Positions 41,141-53,872 are shown, counted from the stretch's first letter. The stretch is 64,000 nucleotides of DNA from Chiloscyllium plagiosum (GCF_004010195.1 NC_057751.1:2021305-2085304), one strand, 5' to 3'. The notes: generated from the letters alone by a model not told the origin. Program-made: numbers and translations.

Positions 41141-41721
41141 TGTCATCGTTAACACTAAGGCTAAAAAGCAGAAGATCTCAAAATTCATCCCACAACCATG
41201 CTATCGCTCCTATAAATTTGTTCCATTGAAGCAATGAACATGTAATCCATATACTATTTGAAAGAATTGTATGTCTTTGGATAACTAGACAACAATAGGG
41301 TCATAATAATAATAATTTAACATGAGCATTGCAAAACAAAGTATGATGACATTGAGTCACATAAAAAGATCATCCAAAACCTGGTCAAAGAGAGAGGTTA
41401 TCATCTTAACAACTGAAAGGAGGAAACTAAGATAAAAAGACAGACAGGTGTTGGACAGTAGAGAATGGTCTATAAATAGGGTGACAGAGAAGATTTTAAA
41501 CTTAGTAGTGGTGGCAAGGGATCTAGCGAGACCTGACGTATTAAAGAAGCTTCGGAAAGAGAGCAAGGCAATATTCAGGTAAATGATCAGCTGAGGCTGG
41601 CAGAAATATACTGAGTCAACAAAATTAACAATGTGCTAGTAGGTAAGGATAGAGGTACCAAAAAAAAGGGATAAACCTAAAGGAAACGTTAGCTCAGAAA
41701 ACACATATATTTCAACAAGAC

Positions 41722-41770
41722 AGCCTTGCGCAGTGGCAGTATCGTAGCTAATGAGGTTTAACTGAGGCAC
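41722..41770 (+). pseudogene. RNU4: 3'-truncated U4 snRNA pseudogene
   Basis: agccttgcgcagtggcagtatcgtagctaatgaggtttaactgaggcac matches the vertebrate U4 5' end as recalled (44/49 nt); lacks Sm site and 3' stem-loops. Confidence 0.88.
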
Positions 41771-42084
41771 AACTGAAAGATATGAATTGACAGCACAAAT
41801 GAATGTGAACTACACCATTGAGTTTCTATTCTGATGGTATGGTTGCATGGTGACCAAGTCTTAAGAATTAAATGTTCAAGGATAATCAACATTTAGGAAA
41901 CTCAGACAGAAAGGAAGAGGAGGTGTTGTTATGCTGTTCATAAAGGATGAGATCAGCACATGAGCAAGAGGGAATCGTATATCAGTTGAACAAGATGCAG
42001 AATCAGTTTCAGTAGAGTGAAGAGAAAATGCGACAGCAAACATTAGAAGGACCTAGAAAACACTAATTAAGTTTGCTTCTATCT

Positions 42085-42490
42085 TCCATTCTTCCTAAAC
42101 CTTTACCTGGTCCATCTCTGAATCTTCCCTTCTTCACCTTTTCTGTCTCTATTTCCAGGGAAATGATGTCTGCTTCAACCCCTCCCCCCATCTATTCCTC
42201 TGACTGACCCTTCCTTTCAGCTTTCAACTGGATTCATTCCTCCCATCAACCAACCAGATCATACCCTACACCTGTGTTCACCTATCCCAACCTCACCACT
42301 CCACCCTTCTCCCCACCTAAAACTGTCCCCCATACCCCCTTTATCTGCAATTCCCATTACACCCACCAATCTGAAGAAGGGTTATTTCCGAAACCAAGAT
42401 TTCTGCACTTCATGATGCTGCATGGCTTGCTGTCTTCTTCCAGCCTCTTGCTTGCCTACCTTGGATTCCAGCATTTGCACTTTTTTCTAA
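42085..42490 (+). mobile_element. Deleted PLE remnant with pLTR
   Basis: FTWSISESSL-like stretch, C-rich pLTR, ctgaagaagggttatttccgaaac hammerhead remnant at 42371. Confidence 0.65.
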
Positions 42491-42621
42491 CTCTATTCAT
42501 CATAAATACAGTAACTGTGACAGTTCTCTCAGAAATGTATGAATCATAGAAATGTTTTGGCACTGAAGGCGATTCAGCCCATTGTGCCTGCATTGGTGAT
42601 ACTCAGAACTATACTTCTTCA

Positions 42622-42750
42622 CTGATGAAGGGCTTTTGTCCGAGACTTCGATTTTCCTGCTCCTCAGATGCTGCCTGACCTGCTGTGCGTTTCCAGCACC
42701 ACTCTAATCTAGACTCTGGTTTCCAGCATCTGCAGTCCTCATTTTTGCCT
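42622..42750 (+). mobile_element. PLE pLTR insert, family A-like
   Basis: Begins at ctgatgaagggc; exact flanking repeat ctatacttcttcac (42609-42622, 42749-42762). Confidence 0.88.
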
Positions 42751-42762
42751 ATACTTCTTCAC

Positions 42763-43080
42763 ACCCTGCTTCCTGTTAAGACTCCACTCCATTGCACCAG
42801 TTTTTCTGCCTCCGTTTGCACCTGGACCAAAGATGCGATCTTCCTCAACCATACTTCCAACATATGTTGCTTTTTTCACAACTGAGGACGATCCTTGCCA
42901 TTCTAACTGATGGAGTGTTCAGCTATATCTGACCAATTTGTTTTGCACTTGCATAATCCCCTTTTCCTCCTGCTTCTAGCACTACATTGTGATTCTTCCT
43001 GTCTTCACTTTAAAAGGAAAATCCTCTAACATTTCTTTCAATCCAGCATGATGTTAATCACCAAGCAATAACCGCAGGTA
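42763..43080 (+). mobile_element. Old PLE ORF remnant
   Basis: Resembles the SHPxSCKDSIPFSQ region of the PLE at ~32050. Confidence 0.55.
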
Positions 43081-43494
43081 ACTTCAATCTACATCTAGTC
43101 GAAATAGCACTAGCGCTGTGGGAGACAAATATTTGGAATGAGATGATTTTTGAAAACAGTATGTTGAGGTACCAACTAGGCAAAGGGGTATATTAGATTT
43201 AATACTGTGCATGAGAAAAGAAGTTAATTAATAATCTCGCTTGAAAGGAGCTTTGAGTGAAGAGTGACCATAATTCAGTAAAATATAGCATGAAGTTGGA
43301 AAGTGATATTGTTCAATCTAAAATTAATGTTTAATCTAAACAAAGGACAAGATAAGTGACTGTTACTGACTTGCTATATTAAAATATATGACAATAGACA
43401 GGCAATGGCTAGCATTTAAAGAACATGATTGAACAACAAATTGACATTCTTTTGAAGCATAAAAACTCAAAAGGAAAAGATAAGATAAAGGTGG

Positions 43495-43621
43495 CCTCAC
43501 TCTGTCCAAGCATCCTATGATCTGTATGTCCTTGTTTGCTAATAATCTGCCTGTACTGATCACAAAACAAAGCTTTTCACGTACTTAGGTACGTGTGATT
43601 TCAATAAATCAAATCAAATCA
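43495..43621 (+). mobile_element. LINE 3' tail ending in (AAATC)n, probably Rex1/Babar
   Basis: aaagcttttcac..caataaatcaaatcaaatca terminus; family assignment from recall only. Confidence 0.5.
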
Positions 43622-43937
43622 GGGGTTCAGGACTGTATGAAAGTAAAGAAAGAGGATGATAGAGTTGCAATCATAAAGGTCATAAACCTCGGGATTTCAA
43701 GCAATATGACCACTGAAAGAGAAACAAAGACAAAATAGAATATGAAAGTAATTTGCAAGAAACATAGAAATGGATTGTAAAAGTTGAATAGACATGTACA
43801 CAAAAAGAAAAAAACGAATGTGGTTCCACTAAGCAAAGATAACTTAAAACATGTCTGTCTTCATGGAGGAAGGTACAGATAACCTTCCCAGAATATGACA
43901 GAACCATGGATTGGTGGGAATGGGGAACACAAAGAAA

Positions 43938-44159
43938 TACAAATCGTTCTGTTATAATGCACATTTCACTAATGCTAATTCACTATAACACGATTGATGA
44001 ATTGGGGATGCTGTTTCTATTGCACAAACTTTTAAAATATGTGTTAGCTGCAAAGTGATGACAGCACCAACACTTTAATGCTGTTCCTAAAGCATGATTT
44101 TTCTATAACACAGGGTTGCACAAGAACACAACTGTCGCCTTATTGAAGAACTGGCTATA
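43938..44159. mobile_element. Possible Tigger/pogo-like MITE
   Basis: Degenerate terminal inverted repeats tacaaatcgttctgttataatgc / gccttattgaagaactggctata, TA-flanked. Confidence 0.4.
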
Positions 44160-44519
44160 GCATGATTAAATAAGGCACAAATTGATGAGACTAAAAATTT
44201 ATAAATCTCTTGGACCTGATGATCCAGTTCTCAGTGGAGTGTCAAAAGATGTATCCATAGACATCGTGGACATAGTGATGGTCACTTGCCATATTTCCAC
44301 TCCTGGAACAGTTTTTGAATCTTGGAAGATAGCAAATATAACACCACTATTTAAGAGAGGTGGGACAGAGAAAATGGGGAACAACAGACCTGTTAGTTTG
44401 ATGTCAGTCGCAAGGAAAATATGAACTTGCTTTAAAAGATGTGATCGGGTTGGGCTGAAGCAACCTGGAAGAAAGCAAACTCATGTTTGATAAATCTATT
44501 GAACTAACAAAATAGTTAG

Positions 44520-44648
44520 TTCTGATGAAGAGCTCATGCTTGAAACATCGACTCTCCTGCTCCTCGGATGCTGGCTGACCTGCTGTGCTTTTCCAGCACC
44601 ACAGTCTTCAACTCTGATCTCCAGCATCTGCAATCCTCACTTTCTCCT
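44520..44648 (+). mobile_element. PLE pLTR insert, family A
   Basis: Starts at ctgatgaagagc, ends tttctcct; degenerate TSD acaaaatagtta / acagaatagata. Confidence 0.85.
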
Positions 44649-45024
44649 CACAGAATAGATAAGGGGAACCAGAGGAGTGGTGCATTTGGATTTTCAATAG
44701 GCTTTTGCTGTCACCTCTGTCCTTGCTCCTGGTCAAGCAAAAACTTGATTGATTTCCCTTAATTCTGGCCTCATGTGCATTTTTTAATTGTAATAGTGCC
44801 ACCATTTTGAACCATGACAATGTGTTTCATCGTGGTCTTTATATGAAACTTGAACAGTGAGAATACCGATTTGATCAGGTTCTTTGTGAACAGAGTTCTG
44901 TGACATTATTATGGCTGGTGACCAATAGACAGTACTGTAGCTCCACTTTAATCTCTGATGCACAACCAGAATTACCACAGGATGTCTGCTAGTTTAGAGA
45001 ATAAATAACAAGTGTTCCCACAAA

Positions 45025-45355
45025 TGTCCAAGACATTGGTGAGATTGCACCTGCAGTACTGCAGACAGTCTTGGTCCTCTTATTTGAGGAGGAATGTGGC
45101 TACATTGGAGGCAGATTAGAGGAGGTTCCTTGGATTGATTCCAGAGATAAATGGTTCATCCTATGAAGAGAGATTGAGCAGTTTGGCCTATAATCTCTGG
45201 AATTCAGAAGAATGAGAGGAGCTTAAATTGAGGTAGATAAGATGAGAAAGGGATTGACAAGGTAGATGTGGAGAGGATGTTTCCCTTTGTGGAGCAATCT
45301 AGAATAAGAGGTGAGAGTGTAGGGTAAAGGATAACAGATTTAAAAAAGAAATGAA
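45025..45355 (+). mobile_element. CR1 C-terminal fragment
   Basis: KTLVRLHLQYCRQSWSSYLRR; RRMRG. Confidence 0.75.
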
Positions 45356-47167
45356 AAGATTAGGTTTTGGTTAAGAAAATGAAGAAAGCATATGTCAGGT
45401 AAAGACAGCAGAGGTTGAGTGAATCCTTAGAAGAGAATAAAGGCACGAGGAGTATACTGAAGAGGTAAATCAGGAGGGGCAAAAGGGTACATGCTTTGAC
45501 AAATAGAGTTAAGGAGAATCCAAAGGCATTCTATAAATACATAAAGGAGAAAAGGGGAACTAGGGAGAGTAAGGGCCCCTCAAAGATCAGGCTATGTGTG
45601 GAACCAAAGGAGATGTGGAAGATACAAAATGAGTATTTTGCATTAGTGTTTAGCATGGAGAAGGAGATGGAAGATATAGAGTGTGGTGAAATAAATGGTA
45701 ACGTCTTAGAAAATGTCCATATTACAGAGGAGGTGCTGGATGTCTTAAAAGGCATAAAAGTGGATAAATCCCCAGGACCTGGTGTACCTTAGAAATCTGT
45801 GGGAAACTCGGGAAGTGACTGCTGGGCCCTTGCTGAGACATTTGTATCATCAACAACTACAAGTCAGCTTCCAGAAGACTGAAGGTTGGCTAACGTGGTG
45901 CTACTATTTAAGAAAGGTGGTAAGGACATGCCAGGGAACTATAGACCAGTGAGCCTGACATTGGTGGTGGGCAAGTTGTTGGAGAGAACGTTAAGGGACA
46001 GAATTTACATGTGGAAGAAGTAACGAAGAGGAACAATGAGGGCTGAGTGGTGGATGTGATCTCTATGGACTTCAATAGGGCATTCGACAAGGTTCCTCAT
46101 GGTAGACTGGTTAGCAAGGTTAAATCTCATAGAATACAGGGAGAACTGGCTTTTTGGGTACAGAATTGGCTCAAAGGTAGAAGACAGAGGTCATGGTGGA
46201 GAGTTGCTTTTCAGACTGGAGGCCTGTGACCAGTGGTGTGCCACAAGGATTGGTGCTGGGTTCACTGCTTTTCGTCATTGACATAAATGATTTGGACGTG
46301 AACATCGGAGGTATAGTTAGTAAGTTCGTAGATAACACCAAAATGGGAGGTATAGTGGACAGTGAAGAAGGCTACCTCAGATGACAACAGGATCTTGATC
46401 AGATGGGCCATTGACCGAGGAGTGGAGTGGCAGATGGAGTTTAATTTAGATAAATGTGAAGTGCTTCCTTTTCAAAACACAAATCAGAGCATAATTTATA
46501 CATTTAATGGTAAGGGCCTGTGGAGTATTGCTGAACACAGAGACCTTGGAGTGCAGGTTCATAGCTCCTTGAAAGTACAGTTGCAGGTAGATAGGATAGT
46601 GAAGAAGGTGTTTAGTATGCTTTCCTTTATTGGTCAGAGCATTGAGTATTGGAGTTGGGACGTCATGTAGCAGCTGTACAGGACATTGCTTCGGCTACTT
46701 TTGGAATATTGCATGCAATTTATCATAAAGATGCTGTGAAACTTGAAAGGGCTCAAAAAAAGATTTACAAGGATGTTGCCAGGGTTGGAGGGTTGAGCTA
46801 TAGGGAGAGGCTGAATAGGTTGGGGCTATTTTCCCTGGAGCATTGGAGGCTAATAGAGGTTTATAAAATCATGAGGAGCATGAATAGGGTAAATAGGGAA
46901 GGTCTTTTCCCTGGGATGGTGGAGTCCAGAGCAAGAGGGCATAGATTTAGGGGGAGAGGAGAAAAATTTAAAAGGGACACAAGGGGCAACTTATTCACAC
47001 AGAGGGTGGTGTATGGAATGAGCTGCCAGAGGAAGTGGTGGAGGCTGGCACAATTCCAACATTAAAAGGCTTCTGGATGGGTATAAATAGGATGGGTTTA
47101 GAGGGATATGGGCTGAAAATGTGTTGCTGGAAAAGCGCAGCAGGTCAGGCAGCATCCAGGGAACAGG

Positions 47168-47206
47168 AGAATCGACGTTTCGGGCATAAGCCCTTCTTCA
47201 GGAATG
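47168..47206 (-). ncRNA. Minimal hammerhead ribozyme motif (inverted arm)
   Basis: Exact reverse complement of the motif at 47419-47457. Confidence 0.7.
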
Positions 47207-47418
47207 AGGAAAGTTTGTCCAGCAGGCTAAGATAAAAGGTAGGGAGGAGGGACTTGGGGGACGGGCTTTGGAAATGCGATAAGTCCTGCTTTGATTTACC
47301 TTTCCAAAATGCAGCACCTTGCATTTAGCATTTATCTAAATTCATCATCATCTGCCACTCCTCAACCCATTGACCCATCTGATCATGATCGCGTTGTACT
47401 CTTGAGATAAACTTTCCT

Positions 47419-47457
47419 CATTCCTGAAGAAGGGCTTATGCCCGAAACGTCGATTCT
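47419..47457 (+). ncRNA. Minimal type I hammerhead ribozyme motif
   Basis: CTGAAGA-A-GGGC ttat GCCC-GAAA-C-GTC; predicted cleavage after 47451; stem I weak. Confidence 0.7.
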
Positions 47458-47674
47458 CCTGTTCCCTGGATGCTGCCTGACCTGCTGCGCTTTTCCAGCA
47501 ACACATTTTCAGCTCTGATCTTCAGCATCTGCAGTCCTCACTTTCTCCTTAGAGGGATATGGGTCAAGTGCTGGTAAATGAGACTAGATTGGGTTGGGAT
47601 ATCTGGACTGCATGGACAAGTTGGACCGAAGGGTCTGTTTCCATGCTGTACATCTCTATGACTCTATGATCTTA

Positions 47675-48012
47675 AATTACTTCTCTCAAAAGGTTGTGAA
47701 TCTGTGGAATTCACTACCCAGGATGAGGTAAATGTTAGGACATTGAGTAACTGAAGGAGATAGTCATATGGTTAATTTGCAATTGTTTAATGGTTAGAGA
47801 CTGCGGACAGGAAAGGGTTTATGCCCGAACCATCGACTCTCCTCCTCCTTGGATGCTGCCTGACAGGCTGTGCTTTTCCAGCACCACACTCTTCGACTGT
47901 GGTCATGAAAGTTGACTTGAGCTGAGATTAAAATCACAGTCATGGTCGGATTAGATGGCAAAGGAGGCTTCAGGAGCTGAGTGGCCTATGCCTGCTCCTC
48001 GTTCTTATGTTC
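47675..48012 (+). mobile_element. CR1 3' end containing a short PLE pLTR piece (~47816-47898)
   Basis: FSQKVVNLWNSLP; ends cttatgttct; insert flanked by gactgcggacaggaaag / gactgtggtcatgaaag. Confidence 0.75.
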
Positions 48013-49022
48013 TAGTTTATGCAGAGTACCTAATTCTTGAAAACCCAGGAGAGTGTTTTACTTTGGATGAAGATTATTCACCCTCAGACTTTTTCTCCTT
48101 GGTCTGGGAAACCCCTTGCTATGTCCCACATGCATTTCAATTATAGATTTGGGTTTTTAAGCTTTCAAACGGACATTGAAATTATGTTGCATTGCAATGG
48201 AAGCATTGCCAACCCCTGCCTGTCTTGTGACACCAGGCTGGATAACCACCACAGCCCCTGCCTCCACAACAACACAAACACATCCCACCCAACTCTTTGC
48301 CTGATGTGTGAAAAAGGATTATTTGGGTCCAAATTCAGGAAAAATGGACAGACGAATGGGGTTCATAAACATTTAACTCCTATGAGTGGGGTCAGGGACT
48401 AAGGCAAATGAATAATTGGCGATGTTGATATTCATATCGAAACTCATTCTCATCTGGATTTATTTCAACAAATGTGCAGCATTCCAAATTGTGGGAAGAC
48501 AAATACTTCCTTCTCTGTCACCAAACTGTCAAGATTTTCACTTCGATTTTAAATCATTACACAACAACAGTATAACACTCGTACGATGAAATGCTTGTCG
48601 AAAAAGCCCACTACATTCCTGAACTCCCTGAGTGTGTCAGTGCTGGAATGTCTCACTGTAGTTCGATCGTGCTATGTTCCTTGATCACTGAGTTTCACTG
48701 ACAGGCCTTCAATTTTTTTTAACCCAGTTGATTAAGGAGAGATTCGTCAAGGGGAAAATTCCCTATTTTCATCTTTCTATCTTCGTCTTTTTGTCTTTAT
48801 GTTTCTTGTTTTCATAGATTACTTCCCTCTCACCCATTCACATTCAAATGGTTAGAAATTCATCTTGGGTGGGAGTTTAAGTCCGACGACAGTGAACTCA
48901 AATCACCATGCAAAATGCTGGAAATCTTTTGTAGTTGTGGCGACAGAAACAAAGTTATATTTCAAGTGAGCTCCTGTTTCGAGTAGAGTGGAGTTTTTTC
49001 TGAAGTGTGAACCGTAGAACAT

Positions 49023-49300
49023 CAGTTCTGAAAAAGAATTATATTTGGCTCAAAATGTTAACTTTATTTCTCTCTCCACAGGTACTGCCTGATCTGCTGA
49101 GTATTTCCAGCAGAAAAATAAACTTTTTGTCAAAACCCAGCAGGTGGGGTCATATTGAACTCAAAACATTAACTGTTCCTCTTTGTTGATGTTGAATTCT
49201 TTCTGATTTTATTTCAGATCTGCAGCATTCACAGTATTTCAATTTTGAGTATTTCTAGCATTTTTTTTTACTTCAGATTTTCAGCACCTGCAATAATTTG
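49023..49300 (+). mobile_element. Cluster of old PLE pLTR remnants
   Basis: cagttctgaaaaag..ctctctccacaggtactgcctgatctgctgagtatttccagca and repeated ttcagat..cagca tails. Confidence 0.55.
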
Positions 49301-49797
49301 CTTGAACAACACTGAATGAATGCTAGATTTTTACATCTTCCTGTTTCAAAACATTTAACTCATTATTGCCCCCTATTCCCACTCCTCATCACATGTGCTT
49401 TACTTTGCATTCACTCAGCATAGCTCATGGATCAAGGCATAAGCTTTAAAATGTGTTCATTCAAACCACCAGCAGGTATAAATAATCCGCAATGAATTGC
49501 TGAATAAAATAAAATCAATTACAAACTGCAGGAATTCATTGCAGTGAACTTCAAATCAAATAATTTGCACTGTGAGCTTCTTTTAAATTTGTTTTCTATT
49601 TTCACTGTCCAGTGTGTCGATCCACAATTGTCTGCAAAGTGCATAGTTCAGACAAAAGTATGGCACTGCCTGGAATTTGGAAACTTGAGTTCTGGCCTGA
49701 ACATTATGCTGCTGAGAATTACTGACCAGAGCCATGTGGACTTCACAACAATCTGATCCTTAGTGTTTCAGTTATCACCCTGATCAACCTTTTCAGA

Positions 49798-49890
49798 GAT
49801 GTGATGACACACTTCTGGAGCAGGTGGGACTTGAACCCAGGCCTCCTAGTCCAGGGGGAGGGACAGTATCACTGTGTCACAGGAGCACCC
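49798..49890 (-). mobile_element. Short tRNA-derived SINE head
   Basis: Antisense B-box gggacttgaacccagg; related + strand piece at ~50105-50170. Confidence 0.5.
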
Positions 49891-50889
49891 TCTTTTGTGT
49901 TTCAAAGGCCCCTTGTGGACTGGAAGTAAGTGTCACTTCTCAAAGATCCTGAGATGAAATAATGGAGTTCTTTGATGATATACTGCTTGATTAACTTGTG
50001 GTGGTGATAAATTTGCAATTGCTGCCCCTTTGCTTGGGAAACCAATGAATCGAAAATCAATGCAGATGAATTTTAAGCAGTGACAAGAAGGGAGGACGGA
50101 AGTAACTGTGGTGCAGTGGTAATGTTCCTATACCCAGGTAGCAGGCCTGGGTTCATGTCCTGCCTGCTCTTTCTTCAACAAACCAGCAGTTCTGACAACG
50201 CTCTCTCAGTATTACAGTGGAGTCTCAATACAGATATGTTGCTTAAATTTTATACTTTTTACTTGGTCTGTCTGCATGTCAGCAGAAAGCACAGTTTCAT
50301 CTATTATTCTGAATCTTACTAACATCATAGTGCAATTTTTTAGCAACAGTAATATTTGATCTCTTATTAATGGGTCTCTGCTCCTCGTAAACACAGTGAA
50401 TAATTAGGAGTTGTAGTGCTGCTCTGTGCCCTTATTAATTAAATAAAGCTATTTATGCATATAATTAGGCCAGGTCTCAGTTAATCAAGGTACATGTACT
50501 TTATATACTTCTATTTGTCAGTCACCTTGTGGAAATGGATGAATCTTGGATAAGAAGAGAAAGGAGAGAAGCAGGAAACATTAATCATTCCTTCTGGAGT
50601 CTTTGCTGTCAATAAACACAGCCCTGATATAGAATTAAACGAGGCAAATAAACCTTGGTCAGTCTATGCACTGAAGTGAAAGCAGTATTTTATGAAAAGT
50701 ATGCTTCAGGTAGTAAGTCTTGGCCTCTGGAAGCTCATATCTGCAATTTAGACACTGCTTTGCCATTTTCTGTCTGCTAATTTTGGTTTGAATGCATGGA
50801 TTTGATTTTGGTCGTCTGGTTAAACATTCACTGTCTTTCCCTCTTTGGTTGCAGCATGTTATTTGTGACTTCTATCCTCTACAAAGTCA

Positions 50890-51148
50890 TAGGCTGGAGA
50901 TGCAAAATAACATGACCACATAGCAGCATCCCTCCAAGCCACCCATCACCCTGACTTGGAAATGTATCGCTGTTCCTTCAGTATTGCTGGATCAAGATCC
51001 TGGAAATCCCTCACAATGGCAATGGGGGAGCATCTTTAGCAGATGGGTATGAGCAGTTCAGGAAGGTCGCTCACCACCATATTCTGAAGGCAATTAGGGA
51101 CGTAAAAATTGCTAGCCAGAAATGTCCACATCTCGTGAACGTGTTTAA
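50890..51148 (+). mobile_element. 3' end of CR1/L2-group LINE
   Basis: ctgacttggaaatgtatcgctgttccttca..QFRKVAHHHILK..caattaggga..ccacatctcgtgaac; similar to 23960-24070. Confidence 0.75.
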
Positions 51149-51435
51149 ATACCATCCAGTAGCTTGCCTCTACACATGATCAGGCATGAATAGTCATCAT
51201 TAAGATCAGGTAATCAATGATGCTTTGATAAAGTGTAAGACCATGTTACCAGTGACAATCACATCCAATGAAGCATGAAGGTTGAGTCTGAACAACAAGG
51301 GACTGTGATAAAACGTTATCAATGATAGAAAACACAATATAAATGTGCCTTATAATTGGATGCAAGATTGAGGACAGAAAAGGTACTTTGCTAACAATAT
51401 AAAAATTGGATGTTGTCTGCTCAACCACAGCATTA

Positions 51436-51737
51436 ATTAGATTAGATTAGATTACTTACAATGTGGAAACAGGCCCTTTGGCCCAACAAGTCTACACTAA
51501 CCCTCCAAAGAGCAACCCACCCAGACCCATTCCCTTACATTTACCCTTTCACCTAACACTATGGGCAATTTAGCATGGCCAATTCACCTGACCTGCACAT
51601 CTTTGGACTGTGGGAGGAAACCCACGCAGACACGTGGAGAATACACAAACTCCACACAGTTGCCTGAGGCGGGAATTGAACCCAGGTCTCTGGCGCTGTG
51701 AGGCAGCAGTGCCAACCACTGTGCCACCATGCCGCCC
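51436..51737 (-). mobile_element. HE1-type V-SINE
   Basis: tRNA-like head (gggcggcatggtggcacagtgg..ggttcaattcc), V-domain, CR1-like tail, (attag)n. Confidence 0.9.
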
Positions 51738-51963
51738 ATAAGGATACCCAGTTGTTGCAATTTTGGCTTTAATGTTAACAGCCTTACGTCTGAGCCAGAA
51801 GACTGTGGGTTCAAGTCCTGTTTAAGAACTGCTTAAGAACAAGTGGTTCTCCTCAGGCCATAGCTGGAAAAAAGTCATGAGAATCCAGTACAGAAATTTC
51901 ATTCTATCGTCTGGATTAGTTCAGTGAAGGACAATGCAAGTGTAGCATGCCTAGAGGAGACAT

Positions 51964-52305
51964 TCATAGAATCATGCCATTTGGCCCATCGAGTCCACAC
52001 CGACCCTCCAGAGAACATCTTATTCAGACCCACCTCTCAACCACATCCCAGTAGCCCTGCATCTTCCAGGGCTAATCCATCTAGTTGGCATATTCCTGAA
52101 CACTGTGAACAACTTAGCACGGTCAATCCACTTAATCTGCACATCTTTGGACTGTGGGAAGAAACAGGAGCACATGGGGGAAACCCATGCAGACATGGGA
52201 GAATGTGCAAACGCGACACAAGTAGTCGTCAGTGGATGCAATCGGACCCAGGTCTATGGCACTGTGAGGCAAAAATGCTAACCAGTGAGTTACGGTGCCA
52301 TCCCC
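51964..52305 (-). mobile_element. HE1-type V-SINE, older
   Basis: ctgcacatctttggactgtgggaagaaac core shared with 51436-51737. Confidence 0.8.
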
Positions 52306-52459
52306 AGATATTACCAATAAACACATTACTCCTGCATTGTCAGTCAGTACAGATGTAAGGCAGCTACATGCTCACATAGATAATGACTGCAATGAGACGG
52401 AGAATACACGTTCTTGGCTTTGGAGCTAATGTTACATGAAATTTCTTCATTACCTATCG

Positions 52460-52672
52460 ACATGCAATTCCAAGGAACTATGAACCTGCACTCCAAGGTC
52501 TCTTTGTTCAGCAACAGTTCCCTGGACCTGTCCATGAAGTGTCTAAGTTCTGCCCTGATTTCCAAAATGTAGACCTCACATTTATCTAAATCATAAACTC
52601 CATTTGGCACTCCTTGGCCCATCAGCCCACCTGATCAAGATCTTGTTGTACTCAGAGGTAACCTTCTTCGCT
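52460..52672 (-). mobile_element. CR1 RT fragment
   Basis: Antisense EEGYL, DLDKCEVY. Confidence 0.8.
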
Positions 52673-53872
52673 CGGATAAAAACTGATCATGTGTACGCCT
52701 ATTCCACTGATCTGTATCCTCTTCAATCTAATCATTAACTCTTCACAGTTCATGATATTTCCATATTTTGTTTCAAACGAGAAGTCTTAAGTAGTCATTG
52801 GTGTGTCAAGAAAGGCAGAGACCCACTCAGTGATTTTAATATTCACTCAGAATAATCCACATTTAGATTTATAGTCTAATCATTTAAAGTTTAAGCAATG
52901 TACATGAGCTGCAGGAAGGCACATGATGCTGGGGAAATCAACAAGGATTCTAGCTGGACAGATTCTTTCTGGGATGGGGGGCATGGAGCAGAATGATGAT
53001 TGGGGATTTTGGAAGTAGATTTTGACACACTGGGATTTGATAACTTGAAGGATTCTTCAGAAAGACATGGAGTTTCTCGTTGGGATCTCTAGATGAATTC
53101 AGTTCTCAGTGATTGCTCCCTTGCTGCGCTTGCCAACTAGAATACTGACAAAACTTCTCTTCCCTACTTTGTCAGAGATGCCATTACACAGCTCTGGATG
53201 TTTGTTTAAAACCGTCATATAAAAGAACAATTATCAAGCATTAACCACTAGAAACAATTTATCCACAGCAAATATTGGGGAGGGGAAGGAAAGGGCAGAA
53301 CTAAACTAAAAGGGAGTTGGAGAGGGAAAAACATCAACGTTAATCTCCACTCATTCGCCTCCAAACCGCTTAAAATTAGTAATTATTATGAACAAATTAA
53401 CAATTGAAATTGAATAATTGCTTGGTAAGAGAATTTCAACATTCCAAACGGCAACAAAAAATCAGGTTGTCACCTGGCACCCATCAGAATTGGAACACGA
53501 GAAAGGGAACAGAAATTTACAGCATAAATCTGATTACACACACACAAGTACAATCGGTGAACATAAACAGTCATGCAAATGAAGCATACTGTGAGCCTGA
53601 TCAAAGCCCCTGTCTGTCAGTTTAATGAATTGTCTTGGTGCTATGTCCAACATGAGAGAGTGTGTGAGCGTGAGTGTGTGTGTATGTGTGTGCACATTCA
53701 GTATTGGCATGTGTTGGAGGGATTTATACATTCTTGCACAACTCTAGCTGGGTGCATGATAAATACTCTTCTTTAACCAATCTTTCCTAATCTTTCTCAG
53801 AGTCAAGCTTCTGGCTCAGTGGCACAGATGCTATGCCCTGGTCCACAAAACCTCCTTCTGGCTATTCATTCC

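Larger units (their letters stand above)
41690..44710 (+). mobile_element. Old fragmented CR1 ORF2 interrupted by several insertions
   Basis: Endonuclease pieces (ELTAQ, LNVQG..FRK..QKGRGG; SDHN ~43265), SLGPDD..WKIANITPLFKRG, LDFQ.AF at ~44690. Confidence 0.7.
47113..47548 (+). mobile_element. Young PLE family A insert with inverted arms and captured CR1 piece
   Basis: Perfect 105-bp inverted repeat 47112-47216 / 47409-47513; exact TSD ttagagggatatggg (47098-47112, 47549-47563). Confidence 0.92.
45360..47668 (+). mobile_element. CR1 ORF2 to 3' end, with a PLE insert
   Basis: KENPKAFYKYI, DKSPGP, MDFNRAFDKVPH, VTSGVPQG; ends ctatgactctatg. Confidence 0.92.

Noticed and set aside
51660..51737. 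tRNA gene
   Set aside because: It is the tRNA-derived head of an HE1 SINE.
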